A DNA stretch of 62,659 nt, from positions 1-62,659 of the forward strand of contig CAZSCE010000002.1 in assembly GCA_964605355.1 (NCBI GenBank), written 5' to 3'. Of this stretch, positions 15,200-23,908 are shown piece by piece; positions within the stretch are counted from its first letter, which is position 1; each line of letters opens with the position of its first letter. Below the pieces are notes generated by a model. The model did not search any database and was not told the DNA's origin. It saw only the letters and a list, made by a program, of their open reading frames with translations. The position numbers and the translations under genes are program-made. The stretch is from an uncultured Candidatus Saccharibacteria bacterium. GTDB taxonomy: Bacteria; Patescibacteriota; Minisyncoccia; Phycocordibacterales; GWA1-40-21.

Positions 15200-16534
15200 A
15201 TGAACAAGAATTATTCAAGACAAGCGGGAACTCCTGCATTTCGTGGCGGTAATAGCGGTGGACCAAAGAAACCAGCCAGTAGTGGCTATCAGGGACATAA
15301 TCCAAGACCAATGTCTGGGGGTGGCTTTCGAGCACCTGTAAAAAGATCATTTAGTGGAGGTAGTTTCCGCGGGCCTGTTCGAAACAGTGGTAATCGAGGT
15401 AATGGCGGCGGCCGCGCTTTTGGTGCCCAAAATATTCACTTTTCAAAATTCATAAATAAAGCCGAGCCAGCATCTGAAGCTGTGGCCTATGTGCCGGAAA
15501 ATAAATTTGCTGATTTTATTATTGATTCCAGATTAAAGCAAAATATTATTACCAAAGGTTACGTTACACCTACATTAATTCAGGATAAGACTATTCCGCA
15601 AATTCTAGCCGGTAAGGACGTAGTGGGTATTGCCAATACTGGAACAGGGAAAACGGGTGCCTTTATAATTCCGCTTATTCAGAAGGTGATTTTAAATAAA
15701 TTTGAAAAGGTAATGGTGGTGGTTCCTACCAGAGAATTGGCAGTGCAGATAAATCAGGAGCTCCGCTCATTTGTTACAAATCTAGGTATTTTTTCTGCTT
15801 GTTGCGTAGGTGGAGCTTCTATTAGTGGTCAGATTGCGGAACTGCGCCGTCAGAATAATTTTATTATTGGTACACCGGGTAGATTAAAAGATTTGATAAA
15901 CAGAAGGTTTATTAATCCCGGCCAATTTAACACAATTGTTTTGGATGAAGCTGATAGAATGCTGGATATGGGATTTATTGCGGATATGAAATTTATTATG
16001 GCCAAGATGCCAACAAAGCGTCATACTTTATTCTTCTCCGCTACGATGTCAAAAGAGATAGAGGCGCTCATTAAAACTTTCTTACATGAACCAATTATTG
16101 TTTCAGTTAGAACTGGGGATACATCAAAAAATGTGGATCAGGATATTGTACGTGTTACGGGTGATAAAATGGTTACCTTGGAAAACTTATTAAAACAAAG
16201 TGAATTTTATAAAGTGCTTATTTTTGGACGCACAAAACATGGGGTAGAAAAACTATCTAAAAAACTGATTGAGAAAGGCTTTAAGGCTGATTCAATTCAT
16301 GGTAACAAGCCTCATTCCAAGCGCCAGCGTGCTCTAGGAGCTTTTAAGGATAACTCCGTGGCTATATTAGTGGCTACAGATGTGGCCGCTCGTGGTCTGG
16401 ATATCCCGGATGTTTCTCATGTTATAAACTATGATGTACCGGCTACCTATGATGATTATGTGCACCGTATTGGCAGAACTGGCCGTGGAAATAAAAAAGG
16501 TAAAGCGCTAACTTTTATAGAAGGACATAAATAA
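15200..16534 (+). CDS. DEAD-box ATP-dependent RNA helicase with N-terminal Gly/Arg-rich extension
   Basis: Q-motif region, AxTGTGKT (ANTGTGKTGAF), PTRELA, VLDEADRMLDMGF, SAT, ARGLD and HRIGRTGR motifs. Confidence 0.9.
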   Translation: MNKNYSRQAGTPAFRGGNSGGPKKPASSGYQGHNPRPMSGGGFRAPVKRSFSGGSFRGPVRNSGNRGNGGGRAFGAQNIHFSKFINKAEPASEAVAYVPENKFADFIIDSRLKQNIITKGYVTPTLIQDKTIPQILAGKDVVGIANTGTGKTGAFIIPLIQKVILNKFEKVMVVVPTRELAVQINQELRSFVTNLGIFSACCVGGASISGQIAELRRQNNFIIGTPGRLKDLINRRFINPGQFNTIVLDEADRMLDMGFIADMKFIMAKMPTKRHTLFFSATMSKEIEALIKTFLHEPIIVSVRTGDTSKNVDQDIVRVTGDKMVTLENLLKQSEFYKVLIFGRTKHGVEKLSKKLIEKGFKADSIHGNKPHSKRQRALGAFKDNSVAILVATDVAARGLDIPDVSHVINYDVPATYDDYVHRIGRTGRGNKKGKALTFIEGHK

Positions 16535-16563
16535 TTTTCAGACTATTATTATCAAATCTTTTG

Positions 16564-16580
16564 TGATATATTCACTTTAG
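16564..16580 (+). promoter_or_regulatory. Extended -10 promoter of cassette D ORF1
   Basis: TGa-TATATT (16564-16572), 6 nt, AG (16579-16580). The -35 is weak. Confidence 0.4.
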
Positions 16581-16608
16581 ATCAGAAACTTAAAACAGGG
16601 GAGGGATT

Positions 16609-16836
16609 ATGGGTGGCGTATTGGCGGATACACATGGTAAATTGGCGCAACTTTTTACTGGGACCCTTATCTCAAAAGGGGTATCAGAAGAAGGGGCGCA
16701 GAAACTGCTCAACAATCATGTAGTGGTAGAGCGGCTTATTTCGGGGCTCCTAACTGGTGACGTGGAGCTGGATCAGACAAGAATGCTTGTTATTCACGAG
16801 ACGGGGAGGATAGATTTGTCCCCACCCCGGACATGA
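16609..16836 (+). CDS. Cassette D ORF1: 75-aa hypothetical protein
   Basis: GGGGAGGG SD 3-4 nt upstream of ATG, G/C-rich codons, ends at the shared terminator. No family recognised. Confidence 0.55.
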   Translation: MGGVLADTHGKLAQLFTGTLISKGVSEEGAQKLLNNHVVVERLISGLLTGDVELDQTRMLVIHETGRIDLSPPRT

Positions 16837-16848
16837 ACCCTGTTTTTA

Positions 16849-16893
16849 AAAAAAAGAACCCCCCGGACGACTGATATCGTCCGGGGGTTTGCT
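16849..16893. terminator. Bidirectional intrinsic terminator shared by the two convergent cassette D genes
   Basis: AACCCCCCGGACGA-CTGATA-TCGTCCGGGGGTT, flanked by an A-run upstream and a T-rich tract downstream. Confidence 0.85.
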
Positions 16894-16900
16894 TGTTCTG

Positions 16901-17374
16901 TTATTTCCTCTCGTAGATTTGAAAATCCGCGACCCTTATCCCATGGTCTTGTCGCAGTCTTCTCCATAATGATTCAAAGCCTTCTCCAGTCAGACAGATG
17001 TTCTGGAAGTCTCGGCCCTGGGGATCCGTTACAGTGAAGGTTGTTCCAATTGACCACGTCCAAAAAAGTCTTACCGCTTCAGGAATGCTGTCAATTCTCT
17101 TTGGGAGGCAGACAAACTTTCTCCCATTAAGCTTTGACGTGCGAATATGGAGGCTATTCCGGAAGGGGTGATCGTTCCACCTCCCAGTGTCCTGCAGCTC
17201 CATTTCGTAGTGCAGGCCTATTGGTGCAGCTTGCTCCGGACCACTCTCGTAGAAGTCCGGATCAAGAAGGTGTTCGCTTGGCCGGTGAGATTCGTGAACC
17301 GCGCACCAGAACACATTTCTCATTATTGGTGCCTCTTTTCTCACCCGGACAGTTCTTGCTCGAAAATAGATCAT
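16901..17374 (-). CDS. Cassette D ORF2: 157-aa hypothetical protein
   Basis: AAGGAG 7 nt upstream of ATG (minus strand). G/C-rich, Trp/Arg/His-rich sequence. No family recognised. Confidence 0.6.
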   Translation of the reverse strand: MIYFRARTVRVRKEAPIMRNVFWCAVHESHRPSEHLLDPDFYESGPEQAAPIGLHYEMELQDTGRWNDHPFRNSLHIRTSKLNGRKFVCLPKRIDSIPEAVRLFWTWSIGTTFTVTDPQGRDFQNICLTGEGFESLWRRLRQDHGIRVADFQIYERK

Positions 17375-17424
17375 CTAAGTCTCCTTATGTTAAGAGGGCT
17401 AAAGTTATTCCAGCCCAAACTATT

Positions 17425-17461
17425 CTGTAGAAACTATAACAGAATAATGAGGAAAAAGCAA
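17425..17461 (-). promoter_or_regulatory. Sigma70-type promoter of cassette D ORF2
   Basis: On the minus strand: TTGCTT (17461-17456), 17 nt, TATAGT (17438-17433), 6 nt, AG. Same hexamers as the cassette C promoter. Abuts the cysS stop codon. Confidence 0.6.
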
Positions 17462-17464
17462 ATA

Positions 17465-18871
17465 TTAGGAGTTTAGGGATTTTAATTCTTGGCCCTTATC
17501 TGTATCCTTTATTTCATAACCAAGTTTTAAAATTTCATCACGGAGTTCATCAGACTTTTTCCAATCCTTATTTTTTCTAGCTTCATCACGGTCATTTAAT
17601 ATTTTTTTAACATTTTCTGGAATTGCCACATCAGCATTAGTTTTTTCAGCTGCTTTTTCAAAATCTAATCCTAAAACTTTATCAAACTCCAAAACGGTGG
17701 CTAATTTATCTTCATTTGTTAAATCAGATTTTAATAATTCCTGGACAGTGGCCAAGGCTTTTGGCATATTTAGGTCATCATTTATATCTGTCAAAAACTT
17801 ACTTTTGAATTCAGCATCCACCGCGCCAATTTCAGTTCCCAAATTAATCACTTTATTTAATAAGTTTTCATAACCATTTTTTGCAGAAATGAAGGCTTCG
17901 TCACTCCACTCCACAGGCTTGCGATAGTGAACATTTAGGGTGGCAAAACGGTAGGCAAGGGGACTAATATTTTTATTAATAAACTCCGTGTTAATGGTGA
18001 CAATATCACCGGTGCTTTTGGCCATTTTCCTGCCACCAGTCATATTTACAAAGGCGCCATGCAGCCAGAAATTAACCCAGGGTATTTTATTTGTTGCCGC
18101 TTCCGTCTGGGCTAATTCATTTGTGTGATGAAGACTAACAAAGTCCACAGCACCACAGTGAATATCAAATTGCTCACCCAAATATTTTACACTCATGGCG
18201 GAACATTCTATATGCCAGCCCGGAAAACCAACTCCCCAAGGGCTATCCCACTCCATCTCCCTTTTTGAATCCTTTGGTGAAAATTTCCATAAGGCAAAAT
18301 CAGTGGGGTTTTTCTTTTCTGGGTTAGCTTCTATTCTTGCTCCTTCTTTTAATTCATCTAATTTTTGATGTGATAATTTAGTGTAATCTGCCACTTTGGA
18401 GGTGTCAAAATAAATGCCGTCTGTAGTCTTATAGGTAAAACCTTTTTTCTCAAGAGTTTCTATCATATCTACCTGCTCTTTTATATTATCTGTGGCTTTA
18501 CAAAAAGTATTTGGGAAAATTATATTTAAATTCAACAGATCTTGTTTAAAAGCCTTGGTATAGAAATCAGCAATCTCCCAGGTAGTTTTTCCTTCTTTTT
18601 TTGATTCCTTCTCAATTTTGTCTTCACCCATGTCTCTATCACCGGTCAAGTGGCCAACATCTGTAATATTCATAACATGGTTTACCTGAAGACCATTAAT
18701 CTCTAGGGTTCTCTTTAGGATATCTTCAAAGATATATGTGCGCATATTTCCTAGATGGGGAAAGTGATACACCGTTGGTCCACAAGTATATAAACCCACC
18801 TCACCTTCTTCTATAGGCTTAAAAACTTCTTTTTTACGGGAAAGGGTATTATAAAGGTATAAATCAGCCAT
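17465..18871 (-). CDS. cysS: Cysteine--tRNA ligase
   Basis: HLGN variant of HIGH (TVYHFPHLGNMRTY) and KMAKS (KMSKS) motifs. WHIECSAM Zn site. Confidence 0.92.
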   Translation of the reverse strand: MADLYLYNTLSRKKEVFKPIEEGEVGLYTCGPTVYHFPHLGNMRTYIFEDILKRTLEINGLQVNHVMNITDVGHLTGDRDMGEDKIEKESKKEGKTTWEIADFYTKAFKQDLLNLNIIFPNTFCKATDNIKEQVDMIETLEKKGFTYKTTDGIYFDTSKVADYTKLSHQKLDELKEGARIEANPEKKNPTDFALWKFSPKDSKREMEWDSPWGVGFPGWHIECSAMSVKYLGEQFDIHCGAVDFVSLHHTNELAQTEAATNKIPWVNFWLHGAFVNMTGGRKMAKSTGDIVTINTEFINKNISPLAYRFATLNVHYRKPVEWSDEAFISAKNGYENLLNKVINLGTEIGAVDAEFKSKFLTDINDDLNMPKALATVQELLKSDLTNEDKLATVLEFDKVLGLDFEKAAEKTNADVAIPENVKKILNDRDEARKNKDWKKSDELRDEILKLGYEIKDTDKGQELKSLNS

Positions 18872-18880
18872 AATTTTATA

Positions 18881-19795
18881 TTAGAACCATTTTTTCCTTT
18901 TTGCAATCAGGTAAACAGTAATAAGGGTAACTAATTCTATACCCACAATTATAAACCAGCCGTTCTCATTACTCACTACCGGTGTATTTATGGTATTCAT
19001 TTGGAAGAAACCGGTAATAATGCCAAAAGGTAAAGCGAAGAAAGTAAAGATGGTCAGTGTCTTCATGATCTCATTTTGTTTTGTAGACAATAGCGAGTTA
19101 TTTGTTTCTCGGAGCTCTCTCAATACCTCCGTAACATTTTCTAAAATTTTGGAAATTTTATGAAATTCATTAATGATCTTGCTTAATTCCAGTGAAAAAT
19201 TTTGACCCAAAACTTTTTCCGAATTTTCTTTGAGGGTTTCCAAAATATTTCCATGCGGGGTAATAATATGATTAAAGTTAATAATTTCTCTGCCCACCCT
19301 GGATAATTCAAAAACCATCTCTCTTTCCTTACCAGCGAAAATATTTTTCTCTGCCTCGCGCAAGAGATAATTTATAGAATCAAGCTCATCAGAAAGAGAC
19401 TGATAAACGGTGGTCATCATGGCCAGGAATAAATCACCCGGGTCCACTTGTCCATCATTCTTATCTAAAATAGAATTAACTTCAAAAATCTTGGCATATT
19501 TCTCCATAGAATCAATACTTTCATAACGGTTAGTAATGATGTAATTTTTGCCAATTACAAAATCAATTTCCTGGCGGTGGCTTTTGTTATGGGTGTGCTT
19601 GAAAGCAGGGAAGTGTAAAACTAAATAAATATAGTCTTTATAGCAAACAATTTTGTCTTTAAAAGTGGGTAGTAATATATCCTGAGCCACCTCGGGACTA
19701 AGAGAATATTCCTGCATTAACTCCCTGGCGTCTTCCTTGGTTGGTGTTTCAGAATCCACCCAAGTTATTGTTTTATAATTTTGTTTTTTTAACAT
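18881..19795 (-). CDS. corA: CorA-family divalent cation transporter-like protein
   Basis: Cytoplasmic domain plus two C-terminal TM helices. The signature is FQMN rather than the canonical YGMN. Confidence 0.65.
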   Translation of the reverse strand: MLKKQNYKTITWVDSETPTKEDARELMQEYSLSPEVAQDILLPTFKDKIVCYKDYIYLVLHFPAFKHTHNKSHRQEIDFVIGKNYIITNRYESIDSMEKYAKIFEVNSILDKNDGQVDPGDLFLAMMTTVYQSLSDELDSINYLLREAEKNIFAGKEREMVFELSRVGREIINFNHIITPHGNILETLKENSEKVLGQNFSLELSKIINEFHKISKILENVTEVLRELRETNNSLLSTKQNEIMKTLTIFTFFALPFGIITGFFQMNTINTPVVSNENGWFIIVGIELVTLITVYLIAKRKKWF

Positions 19796-19861
19796 AATTT
19801 TTGATTAGCTAATATTCTATAAATTATAGCATATTCTCTTTTTCTATACTATAATAGTCAG

Positions 19862-21091
19862 ATGTTTAATTTTTTAAATAGGTGGCGGGTAGTGCTTATA
19901 TTCCTTATATTCATGATTCTTTCTTTTATCCTGGGTGTTTGGTATAGTCAAAAAAACAGTGGACTGTCGCTATTAGAAAGTCTTGATATTACAAATAATA
20001 TTGAGGCGTCTACTACTGAATCTATTGATATGAAGCCTTTTTGGCAGGTGTGGAAGCTGCTTGATGAGAAATATGTGGCCACCAAGCACGCTAGTACTAC
20101 TATTACAGCGCAAGATAGAGTTTGGGGGGCCATTCAGGGCATGACTGATAGCTTGGGTGACCCTTATACCATATTTATGCCACCAGTGGACGCCAAGGAG
20201 TTTGAGGCAAATATTAAAGGTAATTTTGAGGGGGTAGGGATGGAGATTGGAATAAAAGACGGAGTATTATCTGTAGTTTCTCCACTAAAAGGCTCACCGG
20301 CAGAAAAATCGGGAATCAAAACTGGGGACAAGATAATAACTATTGATGGCAAGCCCGCCATGGATCTCTCTACAGATAGTGCGGTAAAACTTATTCGGGG
20401 CCCAGCGGGAACCGTGGTCAAGATTACTGTTTTAAGAAATGGCGGAGCTAAACCGCTTACTTTTGAAATTACTAGAGATGTAATAAATATACCCACCATT
20501 AAGACAGAGGTGAAGGGGGATGTTTTTGTGATTAGTTTATATAATTTCTATGCTCAGTCCAGGACTCAATTTAATAGCGCCTTAAAAGAATTTATTGCCT
20601 CAAAAAAACATAAATTAATTCTTGATTTACGAGGAAATCCTGGTGGATATTTGGATGCCGCTGTGGATATGGCCAGTTGGTTTTTACCTCTAGGCAAAAC
20701 TATTGTGCGCGAAGAATTTGGTGATGATATTCCTGAAAAAGTTTACCGTAGTAAGGGGTATGATATTTTTACTGATGCACTGCAGATGATTATTTTGGTG
20801 GATGGCGGCTCTGCTTCAGCCTCTGAGATATTGGCCGGCGCTCTTCAGGAAAATAGTATTGCTAAATTAGTGGGAACAAAGACCTATGGTAAGGGTTCTG
20901 TTCAGGAGTTAGTTTCTGTGACAAAGGACACATCATTAAAAGTGACTATTGCTAAATGGCTGACACCTGGTGGCAAAAGTATTTCTGAAGGTGGACTCAC
21001 TCCTGATTATGAAGTAAAGATAACTGAGGCTGATGCTAAGGCGGAAAAAGATCCACAGATGGACAAGGCGCTTGAGTTATTGGCAAAATAG
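19862..21091 (+). CDS. Carboxy-terminal processing (S41) peptidase with PDZ domain
   Basis: N-terminal TM anchor, PDZ (GSPAEKSGIKTGDKIITIDG), RGNPGGYLD, GGSASASEILAGAL and TYGKGSVQ motifs. Confidence 0.88.
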   Translation: MFNFLNRWRVVLIFLIFMILSFILGVWYSQKNSGLSLLESLDITNNIEASTTESIDMKPFWQVWKLLDEKYVATKHASTTITAQDRVWGAIQGMTDSLGDPYTIFMPPVDAKEFEANIKGNFEGVGMEIGIKDGVLSVVSPLKGSPAEKSGIKTGDKIITIDGKPAMDLSTDSAVKLIRGPAGTVVKITVLRNGGAKPLTFEITRDVINIPTIKTEVKGDVFVISLYNFYAQSRTQFNSALKEFIASKKHKLILDLRGNPGGYLDAAVDMASWFLPLGKTIVREEFGDDIPEKVYRSKGYDIFTDALQMIILVDGGSASASEILAGALQENSIAKLVGTKTYGKGSVQELVSVTKDTSLKVTIAKWLTPGGKSISEGGLTPDYEVKITEADAKAEKDPQMDKALELLAK

Positions 21092-21130
21092 AGTTATAGT
21101 CAAATTATTAGTAGTTAGTAATAAAATATT

Positions 21131-21574
21131 ATGAAAATAATTTTACTTAAAGACGTCAAGAAGATTGGTAAAAAATATGAAGTTAAAGAGGTGGCTGATG
21201 GTCACGCCCTAAACATGCTTATTCCAAACGGTTTGGCTTTACCCGCTACCGCCGGAAATGTAAATATGATTGAGACCAGGAAAAAGGGTGATATGCTAGA
21301 AAACGCTAAATCAGAAGCGGAAATTCAAAAAGCCCTAAATGAGGTTAGGGGTCTAAATATTGAAATCAAAGGGAAAGTAAATGAAAAGGGACATTTATTT
21401 GCCGGAATTCATAAAGAAGAAATTTTAGCGGCTATTCATAAACAAAAAGGTATAAATATTCACGCTGAGCATTTACTATTAGAAAAGCCAATTAAGGAAG
21501 TTGGGGAGCACGCCATCACCGTAAAAGTGGGTGACAGGGAGGCCACTTTTAAACTTATCATCAAACCAGAATAA
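21131..21574 (+). CDS. rplI: 50S ribosomal protein L9
   Basis: MKIILLKDVKKIGKKYEVKEVADGHALNMLIPNGLA N-terminal domain. Confidence 0.9.
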   Translation: MKIILLKDVKKIGKKYEVKEVADGHALNMLIPNGLALPATAGNVNMIETRKKGDMLENAKSEAEIQKALNEVRGLNIEIKGKVNEKGHLFAGIHKEEILAAIHKQKGINIHAEHLLLEKPIKEVGEHAITVKVGDREATFKLIIKPE

Positions 21575-21575
21575 A

Positions 21576-21609
21576 TAAAAAGCCTCGATATGATTATCGA
21601 GGCTTTTTA
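21576..21609. terminator. Bidirectional terminator between rplI and rpmA
   Basis: AAAAAGCCTCGATA-loop-TATCGAGGCTTTTT. Confidence 0.85.
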
Positions 21610-21610
21610 T

Positions 21611-21883
21611 TTAGATAACTGAGACGATACCTTTTTTCTCCATTTTAGAATCAAAGGATAATTTTCTCTTGGTAGCAAATTTTACTTTACCATCTTTAAC
21701 TGCAAACACGGTATAATCTTTACCCATCTTGGTATTTCTGCCAGCTATAATACTGACGCCTTTTTGGCGGACAATAATAGAACCAACCTGTGCGGTATCA
21801 CCGTCAGCAAGCTTGATGCCAAGGAATCTTGGATTGGAATCTCTACCGTTTTTTGTTGTACCCGCGGCTTTTTTATGTGCCAT
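21611..21883 (-). CDS. rpmA: 50S ribosomal protein L27
   Basis: MAHKKAAGTTKNGRDSNPRFLGIK. Confidence 0.92.
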   Translation of the reverse strand: MAHKKAAGTTKNGRDSNPRFLGIKLADGDTAQVGSIIVRQKGVSIIAGRNTKMGKDYTVFAVKDGKVKFATKRKLSFDSKMEKKGIVSVI

Positions 21884-21934
21884 ATTGGTTTATTTATTAA
21901 CTAATAATGCTTCTATATATGTTATAATTGCCTG

Positions 21935-22381
21935 ATGAGTATAAAGGATATTCCCAAAAAAATCAAGCCCCTTTGGGATAATCATGTCCGGCCACAGCTT
22001 TCCAGGGCGAAAGAACGTTTTAACGTCAGGGAAGACGTTTTTATCGCTCTGGCCATTATTCTAATAGGCTTGGCTGGGTTTGGGCTGGGCAAGCTTTCTG
22101 CCAGGGAGCAGAGTAGGGGAGAAGTGCAAATAAAACCCGCCACTTTTATTGCTACCACCACTTCAGTTATTAATAATGTTCCACTTTCTGCTGCGGCCCT
22201 GATTGCTGGAGAAAATGCCAAAGGGATGCTGGTAGCTTCAAAAAGTGGCACTAAGTATCATTTTCCATCATGCCCTGGAGCCTCACAAATAGCGGAAAAA
22301 AATAAAATTTGGTTTAACTCTTATGCTGAAGCCCAAAAAGCTGGCTTTACCCCAGCGGCAAACTGTAAGGGTTTGGAGTAA
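21935..22381 (+). CDS. Membrane-anchored protein with C-terminal Ada-like Cys-containing small domain
   Basis: One TM helix (VFIALAIILIGLAGFGLG). C-terminal GTKYHFPSCPGASQI...AGFTPAANCKG pattern. Confidence 0.5.
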   Translation: MSIKDIPKKIKPLWDNHVRPQLSRAKERFNVREDVFIALAIILIGLAGFGLGKLSAREQSRGEVQIKPATFIATTTSVINNVPLSAAALIAGENAKGMLVASKSGTKYHFPSCPGASQIAEKNKIWFNSYAEAQKAGFTPAANCKGLE

Positions 22382-22421
22382 AAAAAGAGCCGCGATTACC
22401 CATGAGAACTGGGGTCGCGGC
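22381..22421 (-). terminator. Intrinsic terminator of the candidate ncRNA (minus strand)
   Basis: On the minus strand: GCCGCGA-loop-UCGCGGC followed by UCUUUUUU. The U tail abuts the stop codon of the convergent 21935-22381 gene. Confidence 0.8.
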
Positions 22422-22578
22422 AAGACTGGGCTTTCATTCGGAGGCCTCGTGATGCGTTTTGGGTTAGGGCGACCATGTTTCGCCATAACCAGTAATCACG
22501 ATGTTCACCTTTGATAGTGCGCAGGAGGGTCCGCCACACCCATCCAAAGGTGGAGTCAAAGAACTACTTACCAGATCT
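22382..22578 (-). ncRNA. Candidate structured non-coding RNA of about 190 nt (GC-rich patch E), family unknown
   Basis: GC-rich in an AT-rich gap. Minus-strand helices CACCUUUG/CAAAGGUG (8 bp) and UCGUGAU/AUCACGA (7 bp, enclosing GGCGA/UCGCC), plus a 3' terminator. AT-rich promoter-like sequence upstream (TTGCAA ... TAATGT/GATAAT). No SD-led ORF that stops before the terminator. Confidence 0.5.
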
Positions 22579-22640
22579 TCATTATCTACATTACTTTATT
22601 TATATTATTTTGCAAGTATTTATTATGATATAATATTCAG

Positions 22641-23231
22641 ATGATCATTGTTGATATAGAAGCCACTGGGACGGATGAAATAAAACACTCCATATTATCA
22701 CTGGGGGCTATTGATTTTGATAATCCCAGCAATCAATTTTATGAAGAGTGCCGGTCTTTTGATGGCGCACATATTATGGACGAGGCTTTGGTGGTAAATG
22801 GTTTTACCAAGGAGGAGACTCTTGATATAAACAAGCAGACTGATGAGGATCTGATAAAACACTTTATTGAATGGACAAAGACGGTCAAAGATCATACTTT
22901 TGCCGGACAAAACCCCTCATTTGATCGTGATTTTATTCTGCGGGCTACAAACCGTTACCATATTGATTCGCCATTTGCTTATAGAACTATTGATCTGCAT
23001 TCTGTTTGTTACACCCATATGATAAAGAAGGGGATTAAACCTCCAGTTATAAATGGGCGGTCGGATTTAAATTCAGATAAAATTATGCAATATGTAGGAA
23101 TTCCGGCTGAACCACACCCGCACAATGCCTTAAATGGGGCAAAAATAGCTGCCGAAGCGCTATCCAGATTACTTTTTTCTCGTAAATTACTCCCTGAGTT
23201 TGAAAAGTTTGAAATGCCAGCCAGTTTCTGA
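22641..23231 (+). CDS. DEDD-family 3'-5' exonuclease (DnaQ/epsilon-like domain)
   Basis: Exo I IIVDIEATG, Exo II GQNPSFDRDFI and Exo III HNALNGAKIAAE motifs. Confidence 0.8.
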   Translation: MIIVDIEATGTDEIKHSILSLGAIDFDNPSNQFYEECRSFDGAHIMDEALVVNGFTKEETLDINKQTDEDLIKHFIEWTKTVKDHTFAGQNPSFDRDFILRATNRYHIDSPFAYRTIDLHSVCYTHMIKKGIKPPVINGRSDLNSDKIMQYVGIPAEPHPHNALNGAKIAAEALSRLLFSRKLLPEFEKFEMPASF

Positions 23232-23339
23232 TGCCGCCCCTATTTTTTTGGCTATTTTTCACCCCTCTTGTCAAGGAAAAAACCCTTATTTTAGGCCATT
23301 TTTTATGGTTTGACTGGGGTGTTTTTGTGTGTTAAACGC

Positions 23340-23368
23340 TTGACAAGAAAATCAAAAGATGCTAGTAT
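23340..23368 (+). promoter_or_regulatory. Sigma70-type promoter upstream of the 23440 gene, bracketed by a 13-bp inverted repeat
   Basis: TTGACA (23340-23345), 17 nt, TAGTAT (23363-23368). IR arms at 23329-23341 and 23405-23417. Confidence 0.55.
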
Positions 23369-23439
23369 ATAAGAAATCAGGCGTAAGCTTGATTTTTGCT
23401 TTATAAGCGTTTAACACTAGTAAAGCTAAAAAAAAATAT

Positions 23440-23865
23440 ATGATTGAATTAACATCAGCAATTTTCTTCTTGGTCTCATCCCTGTATGGTTCTGCTAATG
23501 TAGCAGTAGCCCAGGATATTTCCGGAAGTATAAATAATCATAGCGCGGGAGGTGTTGTACAACCAATAACTCTTGAGGCTTATGTCAGAGAGTATTTTAT
23601 TGAGACTCCCATCTTAGCAGAAATTGCTAAGTGTGAATCAACCTTCAGGCAGGTAGGTGCCAATGGTCAGGCTCTTCGAGGTGAAGTAAACAAGTCTGAT
23701 GTGGGGCTGATGCAGGTCAATGAATACTACCATGGTGAGAAGGCCGAAGACCTAGGGTTTGATCTTGAAACTGTTAATGGTAACTTGGCCTATGCCAAAT
23801 ACCTTTATGACAAGGAGGGAACCAAACCGTGGAATGCTTCAAAGAAATGTTGGGGAAATAAATAA
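23440..23865 (+). CDS. Secreted lysozyme-like / lytic transglycosylase-domain protein
   Basis: Signal-anchor N-terminus. IAKCESTFRQ ... DVGLMQVNEYYH pattern (catalytic Glu in CES) typical of SLT-like folds. Confidence 0.6.
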   Translation: MIELTSAIFFLVSSLYGSANVAVAQDISGSINNHSAGGVVQPITLEAYVREYFIETPILAEIAKCESTFRQVGANGQALRGEVNKSDVGLMQVNEYYHGEKAEDLGFDLETVNGNLAYAKYLYDKEGTKPWNASKKCWGNK

Positions 23866-23874
23866 GTAAATAAC

Positions 23875-23908
23875 AAAAAAGCTTCACCGTAAAAAGTGAA
23901 GCTTTTTT
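23875..23908. terminator. Bidirectional intrinsic terminator
   Basis: AAAAAAGCTTCAC-loop-GTGAAGCTTTTTT. Confidence 0.85.

Noticed and set aside
17134-17476. Plus-strand ORFs 17134-17430 and 17147-17476, antisense to cassette D ORF2.
   Set aside because: They overlap the SD-led minus-strand ORF and run into its promoter. They have no start signals of their own.
22283-22514. Coding interpretation of GC-rich patch E (minus ORF 22283-22486, plus ORF 22323-22514, and a 20-codon plus-strand frame with GGAGG upstream).
   Set aside because: The minus ORF reads through the terminator into the neighbouring gene. The plus ORF starts inside the neighbouring gene. The short plus-strand frame has an SD but no promoter or terminator on that strand. 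The RNA-gene interpretation fits the signals better.
22560-22585. Resemblance of GAUCUGGUAAG to the TPP-riboswitch segment ACCUGAUCUGGAUAAUGCC.
   Set aside because: The rest of the thi-box (CUGAGA, GCCAGCG) is absent, and no thiamine-related gene lies downstream.
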